Source of the DNA: Candidatus Coprovivens sp.
Lineage (GTDB): Bacteria > Bacillota_I > Bacilli_A > RF39 > UBA660
Assembly (NCBI GenBank): GCA_051892935.1
Contig: JBJFGS010000041.1
Span: 1-35,231, forward strand
Reading direction: 5' to 3'
Length of the DNA: 35,231 nucleotides
The translations under genes were made by a program, and so were the position numbers. The notes under the pieces were generated by a model. That model was not told where the DNA came from and made no database searches. It worked only from the letters and a program-made list of their open reading frames with translations. Positions 9,327 through 18,287 of this stretch are shown one piece after another. Every line of letters starts with the position of its first letter. Within the stretch, counting starts at the first letter, position 1.

Positions 9327-11327
9327 ATGGATATTAATGTAATTAAAGGCGTTGGTGATAAATCAATAGAACTACTTTCTAAGATGAATTTATTAACTAT
9401 TAATGACTTAATTATGTATTATCCATATAGATATAATGTAATAAGAGTTATTCCTTTAAATGAAGCTTTAAATGGGGATGTTTGTACTATAAAAGGAATT
9501 GTTGATACTGAACCAAAAGTAAGTTATATAAATAAAAGCTTTAATAGAATGTCTTTTAAATTGAGAACTGATAGTTATTTAATAAATGTTACGATATTTA
9601 ATAGAGCTTTTTATAAACAGCATTTAAAGCTTGGGAGAATGATAAATCTAGTTGGTAAATATGATAAAGAAAAGAATTCTTTTACAGCTAGTGATATAAA
9701 GTTTGAATTAATTAATGGAGTTAAAATAGAGTCTGTTTATCATTTGGTTAAAGGTGTTAAGTCTAATGGTTTATCTAAATTAATACAGGAATGTTTAAAA
9801 ATGAATGTTGATTTAGAAGATTATATTCCTGATTATTTGAGTAATAAGTATGGTTTTATGAAAAAAATAGATGCTGCTAGAAATATTCATTTTCCTACTG
9901 GAACTGAAAATTTAAAGAAAGCTAGATTAAGAGAAATATATGAGGAATTTTTTGTTTTTATGTTTAAAATGAACTATTTAAAATATAAATATGATTTAAA
10001 TAATGAAGGTTTAGGGAGAGTAGTTGATAGAAGAAAAGTAGATGAATTTATAAATGGTTTGCCTTTTCAGTTAACTGACGATCAAATTAAAGCTGTAGAT
10101 GATATATACAATGATTTATTAGAACCTAAGAGAATGAATAGATTAATACTAGGTGATGTTGGTAGTGGTAAAACTTGTGTAGCTGAAATAGGTATATATA
10201 TTAATTATTTATCTGGTTATCAATCAAGTATGATGGCACCTACAGAGATATTGGCACGTCAACATTATGAAGGAATGATAAAACTATTTAATAATACTTC
10301 TGTTAAAATTGGATTACTTGTTGGTAGTATGAAAAAAAGTGAAAAAGATAAAGTGTATAAACTATTAGAAAATGGAGAAATAGATGTATTAGTTGGGACT
10401 CATGCTTTAATAAGTGAGAATGTTAAATTTAAAAATTTAGGACTTGTTATAACAGATGAACAACATAGATTTGGAGTTAACCAAAGAAGTAATTTACAGA
10501 ATAAAGGAATAATGTGTGATGTTTTATATTTAAGTGCTACACCAATACCTAGAACATATGCTTTAACAATATATGGTGATATGGAAACATCTATAATAAA
10601 AACTAAACCTAATGGAAGAAAAGAGATAATAACAAAAGTTTTAAAAGAAAGTGATTTAAAAAAAGTATTATTTCATATGTTAGAAGAAATTAAGAAAGGA
10701 CATCAAATATATGTGGTTGCACCTCTAATAGAAGATGAAGAAGGCGAATCAAATATGAATGATGTAGTAAAATTAAAAGAAAAATTTGATATGGCATTTC
10801 AAAATAAATTAAGAGTTGAAATACTTCATGGAAAAATGAAAAATCAAGAAAAAGATGAAGTAATGGAAAAATTTAAAAATGGAGAAATAAAAGTATTAAT
10901 AAGTACTACTGTTATTGAAGTAGGAGTTGATGTAAAAAATTCTACTATGATGGTAATATTTAATGCTGAAAGATTTGGGTTAGCAACATTACACCAATTA
11001 AGAGGACGTGTAGGAAGAAATGATTTACAATCATATTGCTATTTAATAAGTGATAAAGATACTCCGAGATTAAAAGTAATGGAAGAAAGTAATGATGGAT
11101 TTTATATTAGTGAAAAAGACTTTGAATTACGTGGAGAAGGAGATTTATTTGGTACAAGACAGAGTGGTGATATGAAATTTAAATTAGCAGATATAAGGAG
11201 AGATTTTAAAATACTATATCAATGTAAGCAGGATGCTAGTAAGTTTATTAATGATAATATTGTTGATAACTTTAGTAGATATCCACAATTTAGAAATATA
11301 ATAAAAGAATTAGAATTTATTGATTAG
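9327..11327 (+). CDS. recG: ATP-dependent DNA helicase RecG
   Basis: N-terminal wedge/OB domain, GDVGSGKT Walker A, MAPTEILARQH, DEQHRFGV, SATPIPRT, TTVIEVGVDV, QLRGRVGR and TRG motif DFELRGEGDLFGTRQSG. Start ATG9327 after GGTGA. Confidence 0.97.
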   Translation: MDINVIKGVGDKSIELLSKMNLLTINDLIMYYPYRYNVIRVIPLNEALNGDVCTIKGIVDTEPKVSYINKSFNRMSFKLRTDSYLINVTIFNRAFYKQHLKLGRMINLVGKYDKEKNSFTASDIKFELINGVKIESVYHLVKGVKSNGLSKLIQECLKMNVDLEDYIPDYLSNKYGFMKKIDAARNIHFPTGTENLKKARLREIYEEFFVFMFKMNYLKYKYDLNNEGLGRVVDRRKVDEFINGLPFQLTDDQIKAVDDIYNDLLEPKRMNRLILGDVGSGKTCVAEIGIYINYLSGYQSSMMAPTEILARQHYEGMIKLFNNTSVKIGLLVGSMKKSEKDKVYKLLENGEIDVLVGTHALISENVKFKNLGLVITDEQHRFGVNQRSNLQNKGIMCDVLYLSATPIPRTYALTIYGDMETSIIKTKPNGRKEIITKVLKESDLKKVLFHMLEEIKKGHQIYVVAPLIEDEEGESNMNDVVKLKEKFDMAFQNKLRVEILHGKMKNQEKDEVMEKFKNGEIKVLISTTVIEVGVDVKNSTMMVIFNAERFGLATLHQLRGRVGRNDLQSYCYLISDKDTPRLKVMEESNDGFYISEKDFELRGEGDLFGTRQSGDMKFKLADIRRDFKILYQCKQDASKFINDNIVDNFSRYPQFRNIIKELEFID

Positions 11328-11381
11328 AGTTAAAATTGATTTTTAACTCTTGTTTATGTATAATAAGAAATCATTAGAGGG

Positions 11382-12248
11382 ATGGTTTTGGAAATGTTAA
11401 GTATTTTAGATAATGAAAAAAGTAAGAAATTATTAAAGAAAGCAGGATGTTTAGTAGTATGTGGATCTTTGGTATTTAGTTTGACAGGATGTTTTAGTAA
11501 AGAAGTATCTACTAATGCTAATACTAATTATGATATTATTGATACTACTAGTACTGATGCTTTAGAAAATGGTATTACTCAATTAATTGATGTCCCTGGG
11601 CAATCATTTAAACTAGTAATTAATTATCAATGTGAGTTACAAGATGATGAAAGATGGACTGTTACATCAGATAAACAAATGAATATGGAAATAAGAACTG
11701 ATGGATTACCCGATGGAGTTCAAGTATATATAGATAATGTTCATACAGATACTACGATATGTTCTTATTACCCACAAGTAGATGGTATTACACAAGATAC
11801 TATGGATGATAGAATACATAATGCACAAATGTTAGGTTTTCCAATAAGTGATAGTAATGCTTATTATGGTATTAATCAAATAGAAGGACAAAATGAAACA
11901 TTTATATCAGGTACTGTTCATGGATTTAATGGTTATAGTTCGGGTAGCGTAAGTGAAAAGAGATTCTTAGAATCTGATTATTTACAAAAGGCTGTATTTG
12001 CTAATAAGATTACTAGTGTTATTGATTTAATTGTTGTAAATGGGGAAAAGGTTACTTGTGTAAGTGTTCCTTCAGAAGTACAAGTTTCTGTTTGGCCATT
12101 TATTCAAATGCAAAAGAGTGATGGAACAATTTATTATAGATATTATTACTTAAAAGATAGTAGTGGTACTATGGTTTATGATGAATTAAGTGAAGATGAA
12201 TACTTAGTTAAGACACAAGTAGAGGGATTAAAAAAAGATAAAAAATAA
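11382..12248 (+). CDS. Putative lipoprotein, unknown function
   Basis: Basic N-region, hydrophobic stretch and lipobox SLTG-C. The start may be ATG11394. Confidence 0.7.
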   Translation: MVLEMLSILDNEKSKKLLKKAGCLVVCGSLVFSLTGCFSKEVSTNANTNYDIIDTTSTDALENGITQLIDVPGQSFKLVINYQCELQDDERWTVTSDKQMNMEIRTDGLPDGVQVYIDNVHTDTTICSYYPQVDGITQDTMDDRIHNAQMLGFPISDSNAYYGINQIEGQNETFISGTVHGFNGYSSGSVSEKRFLESDYLQKAVFANKITSVIDLIVVNGEKVTCVSVPSEVQVSVWPFIQMQKSDGTIYYRYYYLKDSSGTMVYDELSEDEYLVKTQVEGLKKDKK

Positions 12249-12305
12249 AAGTTCTAGGAGAACTTATTGATAGATTTCTATATGTAGTAAATAGTTCTAA
12301 TTGTG

Positions 12306-12336
12306 ACTACAGCGATATTTTGTGGCTGTAGTTTTT
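12306..12336 (+). terminator. Intrinsic terminator after lipoprotein gene
   Basis: ACTACAGC...GCTGTAGT stem followed by T-run. Confidence 0.55.
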
Positions 12337-12520
12337 AGTTTGCTTTTTATTACATTATTAGTGAGTTTATTTTTTGGAAGGAACTTTAATAATTTTTAAA
12401 TTAGGAATATTTCTTTATGATGATGGGTAAGCTTTATTGAATAATTAACCTGGTTGACTTTTTATTAAAAATAGGTATAATTACCTAGTATGAAAGAAAG
12501 AGAGAGAAATTTAAAATTTT

Positions 12521-12931
12521 ATGGAAAAACAAACAAGTGACGAGTACTCGTCGAGAATAAGTAATTATGATAAGTTAGTATTAGGGGATCCAAATAAATT
12601 GGAAATTATTATTGCTGGCATGGGTAATTCTCAATTAATTGAGTTTTATGAATATTGTCAGGATAAGATTGAAGAAGATAATGATAAGAGTGATTTTTAT
12701 TGGTTTGCTTCATCAATTTTGGAAGAAACATCTGTTGTAAAAATGTATAGAAATGGTCAACTTTACGTTAGTGCTACATTAGGTAATTCTAATGAAACAA
12801 TGGGAGTTGAAGATGTTCTTACAGAAGAAGATATAAATCAGATAAATGAGATTATTTCTCTTATAAATCAAAGGAAAGAAGAAAGACATAATCCTATAAA
12901 GAAGTTTTTAAGAGTAATAAAAAGAAAATAG
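12521..12931 (+). CDS. Hypothetical protein (136 aa)
   Basis: ORF preceded by TTGACT-16-TATAAT (12454-12481) and followed by a terminator; no family recognised. Confidence 0.65.
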   Translation: MEKQTSDEYSSRISNYDKLVLGDPNKLEIIIAGMGNSQLIEFYEYCQDKIEEDNDKSDFYWFASSILEETSVVKMYRNGQLYVSATLGNSNETMGVEDVLTEEDINQINEIISLINQRKEERHNPIKKFLRVIKRK

Positions 12932-12937
12932 ATATGT

Positions 12938-12970
12938 AAACATTTTGATAGATTGTCAAAATGTTTTTTT
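12938..12970 (+). terminator. Intrinsic terminator
   Basis: AAACATTTTGA...TCAAAATGTTT stem followed by T-run. Confidence 0.7.
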
Positions 12971-12990
12971 ATAATTTTACAAAATCTTGA

Positions 12991-13019
12991 TTGACAAAAT
13001 TTTTGAAATAATATATCAT
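12991..13019 (+). promoter_or_regulatory. Sigma-A-type promoter for candidate sRNA 13025-13118
   Basis: TTGACA (12991-12996), 17-nt spacer, TATCAT (13014-13019). Confidence 0.7.
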
Positions 13020-13024
13020 TGAAT

Positions 13025-13118
13025 TAGCATGATAGATGTCATGCTAGATTGCTCTTACGATTGAAGTGAGAGTGAATCAACCAAAACCCCCTGAAGGAGC
13101 CGAAAGGCTCCATTTTTT
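13025..13118 (+). ncRNA. Candidate ~95-nt C-rich small RNA; integration target of the element
   Basis: Has its own promoter. Hairpin 1 TAGCATGA/TCATGCTA; hairpin 2 GATTGCTCTTAC/GTGAGAGTGAATC with G-U pairs on this strand; single-stranded AACCAAAACCCCCTGAA; terminator GGAGCC-GAAA-GGCTCC-ATTTTTT. No RBS-led ORF. Confidence 0.65.
13087..13117 (+). repeat. attL (left terminal direct repeat)
   Basis: CCCCCTGAAGGAGCCGAAAGGCTCCATTTTT; matches 29095-29126 with 3 mismatches and 1 indel. Confidence 0.75.
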
Positions 13119-13157
13119 GTTGAATTTATAGGGGTTTTTAATAAAAGTAGTAGAACG

Positions 13158-13190
13158 CTACCCATCATTTACCCATCAAATTGATGGTTT
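13158..13190 (+). repeat. Left integrase arm-type binding repeats
   Basis: TACCCATCA at 13159 and 13170 (11-bp period), followed by AATTGA and a partial inverted copy; same arrangement at 28968-28994. Confidence 0.8.
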
Positions 13191-13208
13191 ATATAAATTT
13201 AATATAGT

Positions 13209-14351
13209 TTATTCAGAAGACTTTTCGTTAAAGTCTTTTTCTAATGTGTCAAAGAATTTTGGAACATTTGCAAGATCTTTTTTGAACATATGAGTATAGG
13301 TTTCTAGTGTTTCAGTAGTTTCAGAATGACCTAAGAAATTAGATACAGCAGTTATTGGAGCTGCACCTGATATCAATGCTGATGCACATGAATGTCTAAA
13401 GTCGTGTAATCTAATTCTTCTTATTCCAGCTTTTTCAGCATACTTATCTCTATAGAAATACATTCTGCCAGTAGCCATAGGAACATCATCACCAAGTACA
13501 AACCAAGTTTGTTTAAATTTTGATAATCGTTCGTTAGTTTTCTTTAACTCAGCTAAATCATTTAATAGAGTAGTTGAAATTGGAATAGTTCTATTTGATG
13601 CTTCTGTTTTAGTGCTGGATATATACCATTCAGTACTAGCATTTGAATTAGATGGATTTAATACTTGTTGAGAAACAGTTAATATTTTATTAATGAAATC
13701 TATATGTTTCCATTGTAATCCTCTAGCTTCAGATCTTCTTAATCCACAGTAATATAATAATTCAAAGAAACATTTATATCTTAAATCATCAACTACTGAA
13801 ATAAATTTAAAAAATTCTTCAGGTTCATAGAAATCCATTTCTTTTTTTAAAGCACCTGGAGTTTTAAATGGTTCTAATTTATTATAGAATTTTCTTAAAT
13901 TAAAATCCCATTGTTTTTCAGCAAAGTTGATTACTTGCTTAATAAATTTTTGAATATCAGTTTTATATCTATCACAAAGGTTAGTTTTATTCATTTGTGC
14001 TCTCCATTTTTGATATAAATCCCAATTTAAATTTACTAATTCTACATTATCAAGTAAACCCATATATTTGATTCTATCTCTATAAGTTTTTAGAGTAGAG
14101 TCTTTTATTTTATCTTTTTGATAATCATAATAAATAGTATAGGCTTCTTTAAATGTCATATGAGGATTAACTTCAACATCTTTATATTTGTTTAAATATA
14201 TTTTTTCAGCTTGTATAGCTTCTTCTTCAGTCATATATGCTTGTGATTGATATTGATGTCTTTTACCATCTAAACCTTTACTATATTGTATAAATACCCA
14301 AGATCTTCCATCTTTTGTTATTTTATTTTCTTTAAGTTGTCTTACGGACAT
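13209..14351 (-). CDS. int: Tyrosine recombinase / integrase (phage/ICE type with N-terminal arm-binding domain)
   Basis: Catalytic residues in GLRRSE (R), TKT (K), LHDFRHS (HxxR), LGHS (H) and TYTH (Y). Start ATG14351 with GGAGGT RBS. Confidence 0.95.
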   Translation of the reverse strand: MSVRQLKENKITKDGRSWVFIQYSKGLDGKRHQYQSQAYMTEEEAIQAEKIYLNKYKDVEVNPHMTFKEAYTIYYDYQKDKIKDSTLKTYRDRIKYMGLLDNVELVNLNWDLYQKWRAQMNKTNLCDRYKTDIQKFIKQVINFAEKQWDFNLRKFYNKLEPFKTPGALKKEMDFYEPEEFFKFISVVDDLRYKCFFELLYYCGLRRSEARGLQWKHIDFINKILTVSQQVLNPSNSNASTEWYISSTKTEASNRTIPISTTLLNDLAELKKTNERLSKFKQTWFVLGDDVPMATGRMYFYRDKYAEKAGIRRIRLHDFRHSCASALISGAAPITAVSNFLGHSETTETLETYTHMFKKDLANVPKFFDTLEKDFNEKSSE

Positions 14352-14460
14352 TAATTTATTACCTCCTTTATTAATCCGTAAAATATCGACATACATCTAT
14401 ATTTTACCATTTATTTATAATTTTTAATAATCAATAGATTTTTTTATCATTTTTATCAAG

Positions 14461-14493
14461 AAAAAAGATAACTATTTCGTTAATAGTTATCTT
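14461..14493 (-). terminator. Intrinsic terminator of fic1
   Basis: AAGATAACTATT/AATAGTTATCTT stem with T-tract on the minus strand. Confidence 0.7.
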
Positions 14494-14523
14494 ACTTAAC
14501 TCTTGCTTAATACTTACTTAAAT
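14488..14523. repeat. 3 x 11-bp tandem repeat (CTTRCTTAAnn) downstream of fic1
   Basis: CTTACTTAACT CTTGCTTAATA CTTACTTAAAT; direct copy at 15576-15611. Confidence 0.85.
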
Positions 14524-15518
14524 TAATTTTTATAATACATTTGATTTTTACTTGTTGGTTTATCAGGAATAGTTAAACTAACTAAACCTTGTTTAATAGC
14601 AGGATCAAGATATTGTCCTCTTAAAGTTTCTTTAGATTTAATTCCTAATTTTTCCATTATTTCAGTTGCTGTCATTGGTTTACCAGATTCCATAACATCT
14701 AATAATTTGTTTATATTAATTGTTTCATTGGTAATTGGTAGGTGAGAAGTAGATATTGCTTCATCTAAAGTTTCATCTATCATTTTTAACATAAATTCAA
14801 TAAATACATTTGAGTTAGCATTTTTATGACACTTAGCTATTGAATCATAGTATTCATCTTGATATTTATGAATTTTAGATTCAATTGGTAAATATTCAAA
14901 AATATCTTTCCATTTATAAAGAATTGAATTTTGCCATAATCTAACTGTTCTACCATTACCATTTGTAAATGGATGAATAAATACAAATTCATAATGGAAT
15001 ATACTTGATAAAATTAAAGGATGAATTGTATCCTTATTTTCATTCAACCATTCAAATAAATCATTCATTAATGAATTGACTCTATCTCCTGGTGGACATA
15101 CAAATATACAATTTCCATTATCATCAAATACACCTTCTGAAGAAGTTCTAAATTCTCCAGATACTTCTTCAACTAAGAAAGTCATAACTCCATGAACTTT
15201 TTTTAAATCATCAATAGAGTATGGGTTAATATCTTTTAACATTTCATAAGCTTTATAAGCATTTTTAACTTCTTGAATGTCCTTTTGTTCACCAATAACT
15301 AATTTACCATTGATAACATCTTTTACTTGTTCTAAACTAAGTGGATTATTTTCAATAGCAACAGAAGAGTGAACTGAATTGATTTTAGTTTGTTTTCTTA
15401 AATATGGTGTTTTATCTAAATTAGTAAAAGAATCCAATTTACCGATTTTTTCCATAATATCAGAAACTTTTTTTAACATTTCATTTGATATCTCAAATGG
15501 TGGAATATATTTATCCAT
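14523..15518 (-). CDS. Fic-domain protein (class II, autoinhibited) with C-terminal winged HTH
   Basis: Fic motif HPFTNGNGRTVR, N-terminal inhibitory SVAIENN, C-terminal wHTH ending TIPDKPTSKNQMY. Start ATG15518 with GAGGTG RBS. Confidence 0.92.
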   Translation of the reverse strand: MDKYIPPFEISNEMLKKVSDIMEKIGKLDSFTNLDKTPYLRKQTKINSVHSSVAIENNPLSLEQVKDVINGKLVIGEQKDIQEVKNAYKAYEMLKDINPYSIDDLKKVHGVMTFLVEEVSGEFRTSSEGVFDDNGNCIFVCPPGDRVNSLMNDLFEWLNENKDTIHPLILSSIFHYEFVFIHPFTNGNGRTVRLWQNSILYKWKDIFEYLPIESKIHKYQDEYYDSIAKCHKNANSNVFIEFMLKMIDETLDEAISTSHLPITNETININKLLDVMESGKPMTATEIMEKLGIKSKETLRGQYLDPAIKQGLVSLTIPDKPTSKNQMYYKN

Positions 15519-15575
15519 TAAAATCACCTCATTTTGTTATTTATATTATACCATTTTATTGGAAAATATACAATA

Positions 15576-15611
15576 TATCTTACTTAAATCTTGCTTAAAT
15601 TCTACTTAAAG
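15576..15611. repeat. 3 x 11-bp tandem repeat upstream of the fic1 promoter
   Basis: CTTACTTAAAT CTTGCTTAAAT TCTACTTAAAG, immediately upstream of minus-strand TTGTAT-17-TATAAT (15573-15545). Confidence 0.85.
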
Positions 15612-17054
15612 TTCATAATCATCAGATTTATCTTTTTCATATTTTTTATTTATTTTTTTACTTAAACTTTTAAATGAGTATGAATCATATTCTTGATTTT
15701 TATCTACATCAAAACCTAAAGTTCTTTTTAATGCTTTATACAAATCTATAGCTACATTTTTAACACTGTTTATTATTGTATCGATATTTTCTTTTAATTC
15801 AGTTAATTCATTTCTTAATGAACTAATTATTGTATTTTGAAAATTAATAGTTTCATCTTTTTCTTTTATAATTAGTTTTTGATTTTCAATTATTTTATCT
15901 TTTTCTTTTATAGTTTTACCTGATTTAAGTTTTTTTATTTCGGTATTTAGTTTATCAATTTGTTTTTGTTTAGATTCTAATTTTATTTCATTTTGTTCAA
16001 TTATTTTATCTTTATTTAAATTATCTTTAGTTATTTGTTTGGAATAGTTGGAAAGGTTAGTAATATCTTTCTCTTTATATCCTATTATTTTGCCTTTTTC
16101 TGGATTTAGAAGAGGATTTGTATCTACATCAGATATTTTATCCATATACTTTAATTCAGTGTTGTTTAAAGCTTTATTTTTGATTAATTCGATTTCTAAT
16201 AATTTATTTTGCTCTTGTAAATCTTTTAATTGCTTTTCTGCTTTGGTTAAATGATGTTTATTAGCACCAACTTCACCTCTATCAAGATTAAAACCTTTTT
16301 CGTTAATAAATTTGTTATAGTCATCCTGAATTTTTGCATAAGATGTTTTAAATCCTTTTTCTTTCCAAAATTGATCAGAATTAAGAAAATTACCATATTC
16401 AATTTCATATACATTTTTACCGTTTTCATCTTTCTTTTGAATAGGAATCATTTTTTCTATACCATCTTTTGTTATATATGGTTTTAATATTTGATGACCA
16501 TCTTTATCAGTTTCAAAAACTTTTCTTTTAACTTCATGAACTACTGGAGTAAAGTAGAAATGCATATGAGGAGTATTTTCATCAAAATGAATAGCAGAGT
16601 AGATAACATTCTCTTTACCAACTAAATTACACATAAATTCATTTGAACAATTAAAATATTCTAAAACTTTTTCTGGAATATCTTCTTTTGATTTTATTAA
16701 TGCTTTTTGAATTGGTTCACCTTTATGTTTTCCTTCAGTATGAAATTCACCAGTATCTTCAAATTTCATTCCTAATGATTTGAAAAATTCTTGACCACTT
16801 GTTATTACACAACCATTTAATAAATTTATCTTTTTATTATTTTTATTAAATTCTATATTATTCTTATATAAATTTTTATATGTTGAACTAGCTAAATCTG
16901 AACTACATAATGGAACAAATTCTATATTGTATTTAGTTCTTTCTTTATCATAATTACCTGTACCAATTCTATTAGTAAGTTCTTTACTAAGTCCTCCGAT
17001 GTCTGATGATTTAATCTTATTTGTAATGGTCAATACTTGATATCCATCAAACAT
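15606..17054 (-). CDS. MobV/Pre family relaxase (plasmid recombination enzyme)
   Basis: D.ERT.YN motif, VITSGQEFF, HUH motif HFDENTPHMH, LDRGE and C-terminal coiled coil. Confidence 0.85.
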   Translation of the reverse strand: MFDGYQVLTITNKIKSSDIGGLSKELTNRIGTGNYDKERTKYNIEFVPLCSSDLASSTYKNLYKNNIEFNKNNKKINLLNGCVITSGQEFFKSLGMKFEDTGEFHTEGKHKGEPIQKALIKSKEDIPEKVLEYFNCSNEFMCNLVGKENVIYSAIHFDENTPHMHFYFTPVVHEVKRKVFETDKDGHQILKPYITKDGIEKMIPIQKKDENGKNVYEIEYGNFLNSDQFWKEKGFKTSYAKIQDDYNKFINEKGFNLDRGEVGANKHHLTKAEKQLKDLQEQNKLLEIELIKNKALNNTELKYMDKISDVDTNPLLNPEKGKIIGYKEKDITNLSNYSKQITKDNLNKDKIIEQNEIKLESKQKQIDKLNTEIKKLKSGKTIKEKDKIIENQKLIIKEKDETINFQNTIISSLRNELTELKENIDTIINSVKNVAIDLYKALKRTLGFDVDKNQEYDSYSFKSLSKKINKKYEKDKSDDYEL

Positions 17055-17077
17055 ATTTATAATCCTTTCATAAATTT

Positions 17078-17320
17078 TGTGACATTATGACGTTAATGAG
17101 TTGGGTATCATCGTGAGGATGGTCATTTTATGACCTATCTCACTAGGGCATAGCCCGATGTGAGTTAAGGGAATCCCTTAAAATCCCATTCTTGTTTAAG
17201 CAAAGACTTAAGATTAACTTAAGCCTAAGCAATAAACAAGAGATTATTTATTTCATCAATAAATAATCAGAAGATGATTCATTATCGCCACTTTCATTTC
17301 TTCGAAACAAAACGTGCCCC
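17078..17320. other. Hairpin-dense intergenic region upstream of the relaxase (candidate oriT / single-strand origin)
   Basis: Nested inverted repeats: GTGAG..GGTCAT/ATGACC..CTCAC, GGGC/GCCC, TTAAGGG/CCCTTAA, TCTTGTTTA/TAAACAAGA, GATTATTTA/TAAATAATC. MobV oriTs typically lie directly upstream of mob. Confidence 0.5.
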
Positions 17321-17321
17321 A

Positions 17322-18287
17322 TTATTCATCTTCATCTTGCGAAGGTTCTATAAATGTAGCATGATATGTTCTACTATCAGCAGTTCTACATTTAGTAATG
17401 TGAACACCTTCGCTTTCTAAAAGTTCGATACTATTATTTAGTAGTCTACCGAATCTCTTAGGTGACATCGGTATATTAGCTTTTAATACAATATCAGTAC
17501 AAGTGAAATCTACATCTTTTTGACTAGCAACATATTTAATAAATGATGTCATTTCATATGACAGTTCATCTTCTTCAATAGAATTAATTTTTTTAAATAT
17601 AAGATTGTCTAATTTCTTTAATTGAATATCTAGTTCTGGAAAATCTCTATTAATTGTTTGTAATTTAACATATTTTTTATTAGCTTTATTTTCAATTAAA
17701 GTTATTCTTCCATCAACTGTTGCATCAAGTGCAATACTTCCTAAAGTTTTACCTGTTTTATTTAAATGATGTGTAACTAAAAAAGTTACATTGTATTTAT
17801 CACAATAAGTTCTTAATTTTGGAAATACTTGTTGAGCAATATCTTGATAGTTATTAATATCGTATTGGACTCCAAAATCAATATCCTTTAACATATCTAA
17901 TATTATAAGTTTACCATTATAATCTTCAGCAAAAGTTTTTATATCATATTCTAAATCTCGTAATGATATATTTGATTTATTTTGTCTATCTATTATAAAT
18001 AAAGAGTCTTTTTTTGCCGAAAGTTCTAGGAACTCTAAACGTTCCTTCAATTGACCTTCATCAGATTCTGTGGTAACATATAAGACAGGTGAGGGATTTA
18101 CTTTGTGTCCTAAAAATGGTGTTCCGTTAATAACGGAGCAGGAAAGTTGCAGTGCCAACATAGACTTTCCTACTTTTGGATTAGATACTAAGAGATACAC
18201 ACCTTTAGACTTCATTATGTTGTTTATGATGATGTCTTTTTTTATGCTTGTATCTACTTGTTCAATTGGTTTAAGCAAGTTTAACAT
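17322..18287 (-). CDS. AAA_25 / RepA-like (RecA-fold) ATPase, putative replicative helicase of the element
   Basis: Walker A SNPKVGKS, VLYVTTE, Walker B LIILD, VTHHLNK and LGS motifs; possible C-terminal wHTH. Confidence 0.75.
   Translation of the reverse strand: MLNLLKPIEQVDTSIKKDIIINNIMKSKGVYLLVSNPKVGKSMLALQLSCSVINGTPFLGHKVNPSPVLYVTTESDEGQLKERLEFLELSAKKDSLFIIDRQNKSNISLRDLEYDIKTFAEDYNGKLIILDMLKDIDFGVQYDINNYQDIAQQVFPKLRTYCDKYNVTFLVTHHLNKTGKTLGSIALDATVDGRITLIENKANKKYVKLQTINRDFPELDIQLKKLDNLIFKKINSIEEDELSYEMTSFIKYVASQKDVDFTCTDIVLKANIPMSPKRFGRLLNNSIELLESEGVHITKCRTADSRTYHATFIEPSQDEDE

Noticed and set aside
13091-13111. CTGAAGGA-GCC-GAAA-GGC resembling a hammerhead ribozyme core
   Set aside because: The required GAAA after stem II is absent; the sequence is fully explained as a terminator hairpin.
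13025-13118. tRNA/tmRNA/SRP identity for the integration target
   Set aside because: No cloverleaf, T-loop (TTCRA), CCA end or SRP domain IV motif on either strand.
14488-15611. CRISPR-like interpretation of the short repeats
   Set aside because: Units are 11 bp, contiguous and spacer-less; there are no cas genes in the window.
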